The position numbers and the translations under genes were made by a program. Below are positions 15,976-25,765 of a stretch of DNA of 53,427 nucleotides, in pieces. How positions within the stretch are numbered: the first letter of the stretch is position 1; the number at the start of each line of letters is the position of its first letter. The notes below the pieces were generated by a model. The model made no database searches. It worked only from the letters and a program-made list of their open reading frames with translations, and had not been told where the DNA came from. The stretch is taken from the sequence record SRR2962707_3662. One strand, 5' to 3'.

Positions 15976-18026
15976 ATTTTGCCGCCCCCATTGCGCTTCC
16001 CGGCGAATTCCCGGACAGGAAATTCCTCGTTGCCGATCTCTTCTGCGGTGCGGGCGGGTTCTCGACCAGCTTCCAGCATGCGCTCGCGCAGCTCGGGATC
16101 GAGATGGAGCTTGTCTGTGTCAACCACTGGGGCAGGGCGATAGAGACGCACCGGGCGAACCATCCGCATGCACGGCATTATTGCGAGGACATCGCCAGCG
16201 TGCGGCCGAGCATCGTGGTGCCGGAAGGCCGCCTCGACGCGCTGACCGCTTCGCCCTCCTGCACGCATCATTCGGTGGCGCGCGGCGGCAAGCCGACATC
16301 CGACCAGCAGCGCGCGGACCCGTGGCACATCATCACCTGGCTGACCGAGCTCGACGTCACGCGGATCGCGATTGAGAATGTCTGGGAGTTCACGAGCTGG
16401 GGGCCGGTGGACCCGGAGACGCGCCGCCCGATACCCGAACGACGGGGCGAGTATTTCGAGGCATGGATCAACGTCATCCGCAGCCTCGGCTACAAACCCG
16501 AATGGCGGAAGGTGAATGCCGCCGATTTCGGCGAGGCGCAGACGCGCGTCCGCTTCCTGCTGATGGCGCGCAAGGATGGCAAGGAGATCGTCTGGCCCGC
16601 GCCGACGCATGCGAAGGTCGTGGCCGCGCAGGCCTCGCTTCTCCCCGACCTGAAACCGTGGCGCCCGGCGCGCGAGATCATCGACTGGACGCTGAAGGGT
16701 AAATCGATCCTCGGACGGCCCATCCCGCTGGCGCCAAAGACGCTGGCGCGCATCCTTGCGGGCGCGCTGAAGTTCGGCTGGCCGATGCCGTTCGTGCGCG
16801 TGATCCTGCGCGCGATCGATGAATCTCTCCGCTACCACATCCGGCGCAATTTCAGCCTGCGGCACGAGCCCGGGAAGAAGGGCGCCACGGCGAAGGCGAA
16901 GGCGCGGGACTACGCAGGCGCGCTGCGTCATTTCCGCGAACACCCGCTGCAGTTCGGCGGGCGCATGCCGGGTGCCGAACCCATGCTCGTCACGCTCCGC
17001 AACAATGCCGACGGCCGCCCGATCGGCTGTCCCGTCCCGGCGCTGGCGGCGAACGGCCAGCATCTCGCGCTGGCGGAGCCTGTGTTCATCAACGGCCGCA
17101 AGGGCAACAAGGCGGCGCCGGTTTCGGATGCGCCGATTCCGGCTCTCGATACTAAGGGCGGCGTCTGGCTCGCCGAGCCGATGGTGCTTTCGCAGCACGG
17201 TTCGGGCGCGGCCCGGCCGGTGAGCGCGCCGGGACCGACGATCACGACGGGCGGGGCCGCTTCGGAAAAGCGGCAGGGCTGTGCCAGGCCGATGCTTGTC
17301 GAGCCCGTGGTGATCAGAACCAACATGCACGGCCGTAAATCGCCCGGCGCTCGTGGAGCGAAAGACCCACTGATGACCATCACTACGGATGGCGGGATAG
17401 GCATGGCGGCTCCCTTCATGCTTTCGCGCCATGCGGACGGCGCACCCCGCTCGACCGAACAGCCCTCGCCCACACAGGTGGCCAAGCACAGCACCTGCCT
17501 CGTCACCGCCTATTACGGCGCGAATGACGGATGCAAGCCGGTGGACGATCCGCTGGACACGGTCGTCTCCAAGGACCGCTTCGGGCTGGTGGTGCCGGTG
17601 ACGCATGCGGGCGGCAGCAACAGAGCCATCAATCCGGACGACACACCTCTGCCGACCGCGACGGCGGCGAACCGCGGCGAGCTTGCCTTCATTGCCGCGC
17701 AATTCGGCGAGCGGGAAGGGCAGGCGCCACGGGTCCACGATCTCGGACAGCCGTCCCCCTCGGTCACGGCCACGGGCCACATGAACCTCGTTGAGGCCAT
17801 CGGCGAGGCGGCCGGTGACGAGGGCTGCGACGTGCTCTTCCGCATGTTCGAGACGCATGAACTCGCGGCCGCGATGGGGATGGACGGATATCTCTTCACC
17901 GGCACGAAGACGGAAATCGTCAAGCAGATCGGCAACGGCGTCAGCGAGAAAAAGATGCGCGCGCACCTTCTCGCGCTCTGCGCGGATGCCGCGCCGGGTG
18001 CGCCGTTTCAACAGGCAGCGGATTAG
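15972..18026 (+). CDS. C5 cytosine DNA methyltransferase with a repeat-expanded variable region
   Basis: DLFCGAGG (motif I), SPSC (IV), ENV (VI), QTRVR (VIII), KQIGNGV (X). Confidence 0.93.
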   Translation: MNFAAPIALPGEFPDRKFLVADLFCGAGGFSTSFQHALAQLGIEMELVCVNHWGRAIETHRANHPHARHYCEDIASVRPSIVVPEGRLDALTASPSCTHHSVARGGKPTSDQQRADPWHIITWLTELDVTRIAIENVWEFTSWGPVDPETRRPIPERRGEYFEAWINVIRSLGYKPEWRKVNAADFGEAQTRVRFLLMARKDGKEIVWPAPTHAKVVAAQASLLPDLKPWRPAREIIDWTLKGKSILGRPIPLAPKTLARILAGALKFGWPMPFVRVILRAIDESLRYHIRRNFSLRHEPGKKGATAKAKARDYAGALRHFREHPLQFGGRMPGAEPMLVTLRNNADGRPIGCPVPALAANGQHLALAEPVFINGRKGNKAAPVSDAPIPALDTKGGVWLAEPMVLSQHGSGAARPVSAPGPTITTGGAASEKRQGCARPMLVEPVVIRTNMHGRKSPGARGAKDPLMTITTDGGIGMAAPFMLSRHADGAPRSTEQPSPTQVAKHSTCLVTAYYGANDGCKPVDDPLDTVVSKDRFGLVVPVTHAGGSNRAINPDDTPLPTATAANRGELAFIAAQFGEREGQAPRVHDLGQPSPSVTATGHMNLVEAIGEAAGDEGCDVLFRMFETHELAAAMGMDGYLFTGTKTEIVKQIGNGVSEKKMRAHLLALCADAAPGAPFQQAAD

Positions 18027-18034
18027 GGGGGGCG

Positions 18035-18205
18035 ATGAAAGCGGCAATCTTCTTCTGGACTTGCGTCGTGGCGGTGGTCGCGATCGCGATCTTCTATCCG
18101 CTGGTCATGCAGGTGGCGGTGGTGGGCGGCGCCGTGTTTCTGGCCGCTGGACAAATCTGGCTCCGGCGCGGCACGCGAGCCGTCGACAGGTGGACGAAGC
18201 CATGA
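18035..18205 (+). CDS. Small membrane protein (56 aa)
   Basis: MKAAIFFWTCVVAVVAIAIFYPLVMQVAVVGGAVFLAAGQ...; G-rich RBS; not in the ORF track. Confidence 0.5.
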   Translation: MKAAIFFWTCVVAVVAIAIFYPLVMQVAVVGGAVFLAAGQIWLRRGTRAVDRWTKP

Positions 18206-18242
18206 ATGCAAGAAACCTCAAGCGCGACGATGGAGATTGGGC

Positions 18243-18689
18243 ATGACGGAATTTGGCTGGATATTCGGACGCGGCATCAAGGGATATCTACGGCGCGAGC
18301 GAGTGCGCGTGGCACTGCGAAGGGTGAAGAGGTTCTTCGTCCCAATGGAGATGTGCGGTGAATGTGAGCACTTCTTCGAGCGTGCTGATCCAAGGGCTCA
18401 TGTCCCGCGCCGCCACAGAATCGACATGTCGCCACTTTGCCCGCTATGCGCCGAGCGGACGCTTCGCGGAACCGAATGCTGGGCTCTCTGGAACGATTGC
18501 CAGGGAATATTCGGCGACACGATCAGATGGGACCGCCCCGCGGCTGCAGCACTTCTGACCGGGCCTTACGAAGATTGCAAGTTGATCCCGGTCCGTGCCT
18601 ATGCCGTTGAAGACGAGGAAGAAGTCTGGCTTCGGACGGCGCGAGCAGTCGCGCAGGAAGCGATAGCTGAGAGGGAGAGGGGTGCATGA
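18243..18689 (+). CDS. Hypothetical Zn-finger protein
   Basis: CGEC...CPLC; coupled to the next gene. Confidence 0.6.
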   Translation: MTEFGWIFGRGIKGYLRRERVRVALRRVKRFFVPMEMCGECEHFFERADPRAHVPRRHRIDMSPLCPLCAERTLRGTECWALWNDCQGIFGDTIRWDRPAAAALLTGPYEDCKLIPVRAYAVEDEEEVWLRTARAVAQEAIAERERGA

Positions 18690-21600
18690 CCGCGCTCTCC
18701 TATCGCGAATTCCTCGAAAGCAAGATCCGGCTGGCGGAGCAGGAGGGTTTTGCCCTCGCACCCGCCGCCACGAACCCGGCATTGAAGCCGCATGCGGGCG
18801 CCGCCGTGCAGTGGGCCTTGCGCGGCGGGCGGCGGGCGGTCTTTGCCGCCTTCGGCCTGCACAAGACGAGCATGCAGATCGAGATGATGAGGCTCGCTGG
18901 CGTTGAGCTTCAGGGACCGACGCTGATCGTGCTGCCGCTCGGCGTGCGGCAGGAATTCACCCGCGACGCGCAGCTCTGGTTCACGGGCGAACATGCCGTC
19001 CGCCTGAAGTTCATCCGCCGGCCCGACGAGATCGAGCACGAGTGCTGGCAGGAAGGCGCGGCGTCCGGCTACACGATCCATCTCACGAATTACGAGACGG
19101 TGCGGGACGGGAAGCTCGACCCGAAGCTCTTCCGGGCGGCATCGCTCGACGAGGCCTCGGTGCTGCGCGGCTTCGGAGGCTCGAAGACGTTCCGCGAATT
19201 CATGCGGCTCTTCGACGGCATGAAATACAAGTTCGTGGCGACCGCGACGCCGAGCCCCAACGACTATATCGAACTGCTGGCCTATGCCGCCTTCCTCGAA
19301 GTGATGGATGTCGGCGAGGCGAAGGCACAGCCGCTAGACGCAAAGGTGCTGACACCGAGCGGATGGAAACCGATGGGGGACATGAAGGTCGGCAGTCGCG
19401 TTATTGCCGCCGACGGGTCGACAACAAGGGTGATCGGTGTCTACCCGCAGGGCGAGCGCCAGATCTATCGCGTCGGTTTTTCCGATGGCTCGGCTACTGA
19501 ATGCGACGGCGATCACCTCTGGCTGACACAGACGCAGTATGAGCGCAACAACGAGCGCCGATATCGTCAGCGTAACCCCTTTGGCGATCGGATAGGGGCA
19601 TTCTGTCAGGCGCGCGCCACACGAGAGATCGCGGCCACACTGCTTACTGATCGTTCCGGCAAGAACCACACCATTCCAATGGTTCAGCCGGTCCGCTTTC
19701 ATCGGCGAGCCGTCCCGGTTGACCCGTGGTTTCTCGGCTTCCTGTTGGGAGACGCGTGTCTCCGAGATACCAGCATCATCATATCTTCGGGTGACGCATG
19801 GATTATAGATCGAGCCACCAAATGCCTGCCGGAAGGCTTTCACCTCAGAAGGACCAGTGCGGCTTCCGGTTGTGACTATAGCGTCAGTAGTACAGGCAAC
19901 AAGGGAGGAAGGGGACCGGGCTCTAACCCCTTGCTCACGTCACTTAGGAAGCTGGGCGTGCTCGGCAAGAGGGCATGGGAAAAGCGCATTCCCGACGTCT
20001 ATCTTGTCAACTCGATCGATATCCGGCTGGCAATCTTGCAGGGGCTCATGGATGCCGATGGCACCGTTTGCAGAAACGGGCAGATGGTGCGCCTTTCCAC
20101 GTCTTCTGCGGGGCTGGCTCAGGATGTTCAGGCCATTGTGCAATCGCTCGGCGGAACTGCACCTATACGCCGGTGCGCCACGGCCAAGAGAGATGCCTAC
20201 CGTGTCCTCATAAATCTGCCCAACGGGATGAGTGCATTCTCACTTCCTCGCAAGGCGGTGCGCTTGAAGGCTCGGACGAAATATCCGGCCCGCCGTTACA
20301 TCACCTCGGTTGAAACGGTGGGGAGAAAACAGGCGCAGTGTATCGCGATTGAGCACCCGAGTCGCCTCTATGTGACCGATGATTTTGTCGTCACTCACAA
20401 CACCCGCTTCTTCAAGCGCAATTCCGAGAAGGCGGACGAGCTCGTCCTGCATCCCCACAAGGAAGCGGAATTCTGGTTGTGGGTGGCGAGCTGGGCGCTG
20501 TTCATCGAGAAGCCCTCCGATCTCGGCTTTTCGGACGAGGGATATGTGCTGCCCGATCTCGATGTGGTCTGGCACGAAATCCCATCCGACCATGCAACGG
20601 CGGGATATGCGCGCGACGGTCAGGCGCTGCTGATGCGCAGCACGGCGGCCGGCGTTCAGCACGCAGCGCGCGAGAAGCGGGACAGCCTCGACGCGCGGCT
20701 TGCGAAGCTGATGGAGATACGCGCGGCCGAGCCGGACGAGCACCGGATCATCTGGCACGACCTCGAAGATGAGCGCCGCGCGCTGGAAAAGGCGATCCCG
20801 GATGTCGTGACCGTCTACGGCTCGCAGGATCTGGACGAGCGCGAGCGGCGCATCATCGGTTTCTCGGACGGCGACTTCACCGAGCTTGCGACAAAGCCGC
20901 GCATCGCCGGGTCCGGCTGCAATTTCCAGCGTCATTGCCGCCGTGAGGTGTTCCTCGGCATCGGCTTCAAGTTCAACGACATGATCCAGGCCATTCACCG
21001 CATCCAGCGCTTCGGGCAGATGCATGAATGCCGGGTGGACCTGATCTACACCGAGGCCGAGCGGCCGGTGCGCCAGAGCATCGAGGCGAAATGGGCGCGG
21101 CACAACGAGCAGAGGAAGATCATGACGGAGATCGTCAGGAAATACGGCCTTTCGGAAGCCGCGATGGCGGAGACGCTGGCGCGCAGCATGGGAACCGAGC
21201 GCATCGAGGTCGCGGGCGAGGGCTACCGTCTCGTCAACGAGGATTGCGTCGAAGAGACGCGCCGGATGGCGGCGGACAGCATCGGCCTCATCGTCACGTC
21301 GATTCCGTTCTCGACCCAGTACGAGTATACACCGAGCTTCAACGATTTCGGCCACACGGACGACGACGCGCATTTCTGGCGGCAGATGGACTATCTGACA
21401 CCCGAGCTGCTGCGCGTGCTGGAGCCGGGCCGTGTCGCGGCCGTGCATGTGAAGGATCGCGTCACGCCGGGCGGCATCAACGGCTTCGGCTTCCAGACGG
21501 TATCGCCCTTCTCCGACGATTGCGTCGCGCATTTCCGCAAGCACGGCTTCGCCTTCCTCGCACGCAAGACGATCGTCACGGACGTGGTGCGCGAGAATAA

Positions 21601-22351
21601 CCAGACCTATCGCCTCGGCTGGAGCGAGCAATGCAAGGACGGCAGCCGCATGGGCGCGGGCATGCCGGAATACCTGCTGCTGTTCCGCAAGCCGCCGACG
21701 GACCGGAGCAACGGCTATGCCGACACACCGGTTGTGAAGGCGAAGCGCGAGTGGAAGGGCGATCACTGGACGAATGAGGGCTACAGCCGCGCTCGCTGGC
21801 AGGTCGACGCGCATGGTTTCTCGCGCTCGAACGGCAACCGGCACCTGAAGGCGGAGGAATTGCTGACGCTGGAGGCCGCCGAGGTGTTCCGGGCCTACCG
21901 GGCCTTCTCGCATTCCGCCGTCTACGATTTCGAACATCACGTAAAGATCGGCGAGACGCTGGAGACGCACGGCATGCTGCCGCCGACCTTCATGCTCTTG
22001 CCGCCGCAGAGCTGGCACCCGGACGTGTGGACCGACGTCACGCGCATGCTGACGCTCAACGGCAGCCAGCATGCGAAGGGCAAGGAAATGCATCTTTGTC
22101 CGCTTCAGTTCGACATCGTGGACCGCGCCATCGCGCAATTCACCGTGCCGGGCGAGACCGTGTTCGACCCGTTCGCGGGGCTCATGACGGTGCCGTATCG
22201 CGCCGTGAAGATGGGCCGCAAGGCGGTGGGTGTCGAACTCAACCCCGGCTATTTCCTCGACGGCTGTGCCTATGTCGAAGCGGCCGCGCGCGAGATGGCG
22301 ACGCCTTCGCTGTTCGACCTGGCCGGGATCGCGGAGGAAGACGCGGCATGA
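18686..22351 (+). CDS. SNF2-like helicase / N4-N6 DNA methyltransferase fusion containing an intein
   Basis: FGLHKT, LDEAS, TATPSPND, QAIHRIQRFGQ (SF2 motifs); IVTSIPF and FDPFAG (amino-MTase motifs). Confidence 0.9.
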   Translation: MTALSYREFLESKIRLAEQEGFALAPAATNPALKPHAGAAVQWALRGGRRAVFAAFGLHKTSMQIEMMRLAGVELQGPTLIVLPLGVRQEFTRDAQLWFTGEHAVRLKFIRRPDEIEHECWQEGAASGYTIHLTNYETVRDGKLDPKLFRAASLDEASVLRGFGGSKTFREFMRLFDGMKYKFVATATPSPNDYIELLAYAAFLEVMDVGEAKAQPLDAKVLTPSGWKPMGDMKVGSRVIAADGSTTRVIGVYPQGERQIYRVGFSDGSATECDGDHLWLTQTQYERNNERRYRQRNPFGDRIGAFCQARATREIAATLLTDRSGKNHTIPMVQPVRFHRRAVPVDPWFLGFLLGDACLRDTSIIISSGDAWIIDRATKCLPEGFHLRRTSAASGCDYSVSSTGNKGGRGPGSNPLLTSLRKLGVLGKRAWEKRIPDVYLVNSIDIRLAILQGLMDADGTVCRNGQMVRLSTSSAGLAQDVQAIVQSLGGTAPIRRCATAKRDAYRVLINLPNGMSAFSLPRKAVRLKARTKYPARRYITSVETVGRKQAQCIAIEHPSRLYVTDDFVVTHNTRFFKRNSEKADELVLHPHKEAEFWLWVASWALFIEKPSDLGFSDEGYVLPDLDVVWHEIPSDHATAGYARDGQALLMRSTAAGVQHAAREKRDSLDARLAKLMEIRAAEPDEHRIIWHDLEDERRALEKAIPDVVTVYGSQDLDERERRIIGFSDGDFTELATKPRIAGSGCNFQRHCRREVFLGIGFKFNDMIQAIHRIQRFGQMHECRVDLIYTEAERPVRQSIEAKWARHNEQRKIMTEIVRKYGLSEAAMAETLARSMGTERIEVAGEGYRLVNEDCVEETRRMAADSIGLIVTSIPFSTQYEYTPSFNDFGHTDDDAHFWRQMDYLTPELLRVLEPGRVAAVHVKDRVTPGGINGFGFQTVSPFSDDCVAHFRKHGFAFLARKTIVTDVVRENNQTYRLGWSEQCKDGSRMGAGMPEYLLLFRKPPTDRSNGYADTPVVKAKREWKGDHWTNEGYSRARWQVDAHGFSRSNGNRHLKAEELLTLEAAEVFRAYRAFSHSAVYDFEHHVKIGETLETHGMLPPTFMLLPPQSWHPDVWTDVTRMLTLNGSQHAKGKEMHLCPLQFDIVDRAIAQFTVPGETVFDPFAGLMTVPYRAVKMGRKAVGVELNPGYFLDGCAYVEAAAREMATPSLFDLAGIAEEDAA
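19325..20401 (+). mobile_element. Class-3 intein with LAGLIDADG homing endonuclease (359 aa)
   Basis: Starts AQPLDAKVLTP and ends VVTHN followed by T. Contains HLW and QCI, and LAGLIDADG motifs FLGFLLGDA and ILQGLMDADG. Confidence 0.92.
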
Positions 22352-22620
22352 GCGAAATTTCCCGGGACCGCTTGCGGCGTATCGACAACAGGGAATTCAC
22401 GCCGGACGAAATTGCGCGGCTCCTTCAATGGCGGCCGGCGTCGGGACACCCGGGCGGCTGGCGCGTCATGCGCGAGGACTTCCGAAGCCCTCCGCTGTTT
22501 AAGCCAAAGCTGCAGGCGGCCACGGGGCCTAAAGGCAAACTCTGCTTGTTTCGGACGATGGAGGCCGCTCAAAGGCGCGCTGATGAGATGAACCGCGCGG
22601 CGCGGGAGACGGCAACATGA
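22348..22620 (+). CDS. Hypothetical protein
   Basis: ATGA coupling on both sides. Confidence 0.65.
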   Translation: MSEISRDRLRRIDNREFTPDEIARLLQWRPASGHPGGWRVMREDFRSPPLFKPKLQAATGPKGKLCLFRTMEAAQRRADEMNRAARETAT

Positions 22621-23177
22621 GTGAGACTGTCGAAAGTTTCGCCGTCAGGGTGCTGGCACAGGCACATGCCGACCTGTTGGCGGTGGACCTTGCCCTAGCG
22701 CGCGAGACCGCGACGAGCCTAGAGGCGGCGGCGGACATCCGATGCATGCGGATGGAGGGATCGCTGGCCGAGGCGGAGGAAGAGGCCTTGCGTCTGCGCG
22801 ACCGTCTTTCTCGCATCAGCGCGATCGGCGCTGCGATGGCCGCGCAGGAAGGCAGCGTGACCATGAAGGTTTTGCAGGCCGTCCTTGCCGGCGTCGAAAT
22901 CGAAACAGGCATCTCGCGTGAGATCCTGAAAGGCAGCTCGCGGAAGCAGGAGCCGGCGCGCGCGCGGATGCTCGCCATGTGGCTGATCCGGAAGCTCACA
23001 CCGCTGTCCCTGCCCCAGATCGGGAGGCACTTCGGCGGGCGGCATCATACGACTGTCATGCACGCGATCCGGGAAATCGACGGACTTGAAGGGGCTGAGG
23101 AAGAAGCACGCGACCGGCTGCGGCGGGTCTTGGTCCAGGCAGTGGGTTCGATGAGCCCGCAAGCGGCGGCGGAATAA
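22617..23177 (+). CDS. DnaA domain IV (C-terminal HTH) containing protein
   Basis: ARARMLAMWL.RKLT.LSLPQIGRHFGGRHHTTVMHAIREI. Confidence 0.9.
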   Translation: MSETVESFAVRVLAQAHADLLAVDLALARETATSLEAAADIRCMRMEGSLAEAEEEALRLRDRLSRISAIGAAMAAQEGSVTMKVLQAVLAGVEIETGISREILKGSSRKQEPARARMLAMWLIRKLTPLSLPQIGRHFGGRHHTTVMHAIREIDGLEGAEEEARDRLRRVLVQAVGSMSPQAAAE

Positions 23178-23200
23178 CCTTCCGGCCAACAGGTGAGTAG

Positions 23201-24097
23201 ATGAACTATTACGAGCACCATCTCGGCGACTACGTGAAGAAGGCCCGGCACCTGACGATGCTGGAGCACGGCGCATACCGGATGCTGCTGGACCTTTACT
23301 ACATTCACGAGCAGCCCTTGCCCGCCGACCTTAAGGCCGTGCAACGAAAGGCCGGGGCGCGGACGGACGAGGAGAAGGAGGCCGTGGAAACCGTCATCCG
23401 CGAGTTCTTCACGCTGCAGGATGACGGCTGGCACAACAGCAAGTGCGACAAGGAAATAGCGAAAGCACGCGCCCGCATCGACGCCGCCCAGGAGAATGGC
23501 AAGAAGGGCGGCAGGCCGAAAAAGAACCCGGCGGATAGCGGCGGGCAACCCGACGCCAACCCATCGGATACCGGACGGGGACCGGAAACAAACCCACCGG
23601 AAACCCACCGGGTTAAATCCGGTTCCGTTTCGGAAACCCAGCCGAAAGCTCACCAAGCACCAGCCACCAAGCTCCATACACCAGTTATTGCTGCTGCTGG
23701 ATGCGCGCAGGCGCGCGCGGCGATCACGACCGAAATGCGCGAACAGCTCATGGAGGCGGCGGGCAATGCGCTGAACGTGCCCGGCTCGCCGGAAATACTC
23801 GTCATGGCGCGGCCGATGCACTGGCTCGAGATCGGCGCCGACTGGGACCTCGACGTTCTGCCCACGGTGCGGACGCAAGCCGCGAAGGGCAGACCCTACA
23901 CAATCCGCTCATGGCACTACTTCGACGGACCCATTGCCGATGCGATGGCCCGCCGGGTGAGGCCGATGCCCCTGGGACATGTCACGGGAGAAATCAATGG
24001 ACACGGAAATCGCGATATCAAGGCCAGCGGAGATCGTCGGCGAGACAAGGCTATTGCCGCCGTCCTTGCTTCGGGCGATCGAGGTGGCGGCGATTGA
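23201..24097 (+). CDS. Replication initiator, YdaU/DUF1376 family
   Basis: MNYYEHHLGDY....HLTMLEHGAYRMLLDLYY..EQPLP; NGKKGGRP. Confidence 0.9.
   Translation: MNYYEHHLGDYVKKARHLTMLEHGAYRMLLDLYYIHEQPLPADLKAVQRKAGARTDEEKEAVETVIREFFTLQDDGWHNSKCDKEIAKARARIDAAQENGKKGGRPKKNPADSGGQPDANPSDTGRGPETNPPETHRVKSGSVSETQPKAHQAPATKLHTPVIAAAGCAQARAAITTEMREQLMEAAGNALNVPGSPEILVMARPMHWLEIGADWDLDVLPTVRTQAAKGRPYTIRSWHYFDGPIADAMARRVRPMPLGHVTGEINGHGNRDIKASGDRRRDKAIAAVLASGDRGGGD
23526..23650 (+). repeat. Putative replication origin iterons within the initiator gene
   Basis: Multiple AACCC(A)NCGGA-like repeats in the low-complexity linker, as in lambda O. Confidence 0.55.
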
Positions 24098-24818
24098 CCA
24101 CGCCGCGAGGCAGGTCGTGCTTCCCGCCTTCGTGACACCTCGCGACATTGGCGGCGTTTCGGGTGCGGTCGAGCAGGCCGAGGATGCGCTGACGCCCGCG
24201 AGCACGAACCAGCGGCGTGCCTGTCTGCTCGCGCTCGTGACCGTTTACCCGCCCCGCGACGATGACGAGGAGGTGTCGAAACGCCGCTTCACGCTTTACC
24301 ACGAGGCGCTTCGCGACCTTCCCGCAGACGTGCTGTGGGATGCCTGCATGGAATGCGTCCGTACCGTCACGTTCTTTCCGATGCCTGCAGAAATCCGCAA
24401 GGCGGCCGAGCCGATGATGGGTAAGCGCCGCCGCATGCTGGTGCAACTGAAGGCTCTGCGCGACTACAGGATCGAACGCCCGGAGCCGCTGCAGCGTCTC
24501 TCGACGGAGGAGCAGGCACGCCGCCGCGCGATGATCGATGCGACGATGAAGAAGATGGCCGCGTCCGCGCCCGAACCCGAGCTGCCAAGGGGGGTCACGC
24601 TCGAAAGCGCGGTTATCGCGATCGAGGGAGAACCGGAGGTCGGCGACATAGCGACGGCCATCCTCCGGGCACGGATCAAGGCTTCGGCGGCGTCTCTGCA
24701 CGGCAACATCGAATGGCTTAAGAAGGCGGCGCTGGCCGATGCACGCGAAGTCTGGCCGTTTCTCGAACGGCGCGGCTGGAAAGCGGCCACCTCCGAAATC
24801 GAGACGAAAAGCGAATGA
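23997..24818 (+). CDS. Putative replication accessory protein (helicase-loader-like)
   Basis: Follows the initiator; LY.EAL.DLP.DVL..AC..C......FPMPAEIR motif. Confidence 0.6.
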   Translation: MDTEIAISRPAEIVGETRLLPPSLLRAIEVAAIDHAARQVVLPAFVTPRDIGGVSGAVEQAEDALTPASTNQRRACLLALVTVYPPRDDDEEVSKRRFTLYHEALRDLPADVLWDACMECVRTVTFFPMPAEIRKAAEPMMGKRRRMLVQLKALRDYRIERPEPLQRLSTEEQARRRAMIDATMKKMAASAPEPELPRGVTLESAVIAIEGEPEVGDIATAILRARIKASAASLHGNIEWLKKAALADAREVWPFLERRGWKAATSEIETKSE

Positions 24819-25036
24819 CGCCGCGGGAACCACGGTCGCAGTTGGCGGCATTTGTAGGCCCGACGGGCGGCGATCCCGGCACGGTCAGCAAGCATGCGCG
24901 ATCCCTCTGGAATTCCGGGGGTGCGCTGATCCTGCCCTATCAGATGGAGGCCCTGCCTGCGGCGGCGCGCCATGTGGTGGAGGCGGAAATGGAAAAGGCA
25001 TACGGCAAGAGGAAGCTCAAGAATGGCGGCCGATGA
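24815..25036 (+). CDS. Hypothetical protein
   Basis: ATGA coupling. Confidence 0.6.
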   Translation: MTPREPRSQLAAFVGPTGGDPGTVSKHARSLWNSGGALILPYQMEALPAAARHVVEAEMEKAYGKRKLKNGGR

Positions 25037-25601
25037 AGCGAGAAAGTTCCCGCCGGCGGGAAATGCGACGCGCTCGGAAGGTGAGCATATCCGCGCGGTG
25101 CTGCGGGCAGGGAGGCTGCTGTGTGAGGCGGACGGCATGGAAGACCCTGCCATGGCGGACGTCGTGTGGCGGCTGTTTCGCGAGGGTGCCGACACGCTGC
25201 GGCGCTTGCCCGACAGGGAATGCGGCTGGCTTGCCTCTGGCAACAGGACGGCGTGGCCGGACATCGTGTTCGATGCGGAAGACAAGCGGCAGTCGCAAGA
25301 ACAGTTCGATGTCGAGCTGGCGCGCGTCCAGTCCGGCCAGGACCCCGTCGAGGCGGTACGGCTGCGCGAAGGCCCGCCGGATCGTGCGGCGATCGGGCGC
25401 GTCGATGTCGTCTCGGGGTGGCATCGGCATCTGGCGGGAAACGATCGACGCCGCGACTGGAAGATACTCTGGCTTGTCGCATCCGAGCGGCTTAAGGCGA
25501 AGGTGATCGCGCGCGAATGTCATTGCTCGGTGCGCACTGTCTGGCGCATCCGGGAGTGGCAGTGTCGCGTGCTCGCGGAACGCCTACTGCATGTAGAGTA
25601 A
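25023..25601 (+). CDS. Putative late-gene activator/antiterminator with C-terminal HTH
   Basis: Last early gene before the late promoter; EGADTLRRLP and KVIARECHCSVRTVWR HTH. Confidence 0.65.
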   Translation: MAADEARKFPPAGNATRSEGEHIRAVLRAGRLLCEADGMEDPAMADVVWRLFREGADTLRRLPDRECGWLASGNRTAWPDIVFDAEDKRQSQEQFDVELARVQSGQDPVEAVRLREGPPDRAAIGRVDVVSGWHRHLAGNDRRRDWKILWLVASERLKAKVIARECHCSVRTVWRIREWQCRVLAERLLHVE

Positions 25602-25628
25602 AAAAGGTGAGGGTGACGCAAAATAGCG

Positions 25629-25658
25629 TTGCACACTTGGCACAGATTGCGCTATGAA
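25629..25658 (+). promoter_or_regulatory. Putative late promoter (PR'-like)
   Basis: TTGCAC-N18-TATGAA, with a tandem TTG(G)CACA repeat. Confidence 0.5.
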
Positions 25659-25731
25659 TTTTCCTACGGTGGACGACGTGCGACCAGCACATCGCGGTCA
25701 CGGTGAAACTCCTGATAGCACCCCGCAACGG

Positions 25732-25765
25732 AACCCCAGCCTTCGCAAGGCGGGGTTTTTCTTTT
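25732..25765 (+). terminator. Rho-independent terminator (tR'-like)
   Basis: AACCCCAGCCTT-CGC-AAGGCGGGGTT followed by TTTCTTTT. Confidence 0.8.

Noticed and set aside
15810-18047. 745-aa minus-strand ORF, and similar long ORFs at 20240-22138, 30937-32646, 11137-12393 and 6442-7632
   Set aside because: Antisense shadows of well-supported genes in high-GC DNA; no recognisable motifs.
25637-25652. Sigma-54-like TGGCAC...GC
   Set aside because: TTGC is misplaced relative to -24/-12 spacing; the sigma-70-like reading is more parsimonious.
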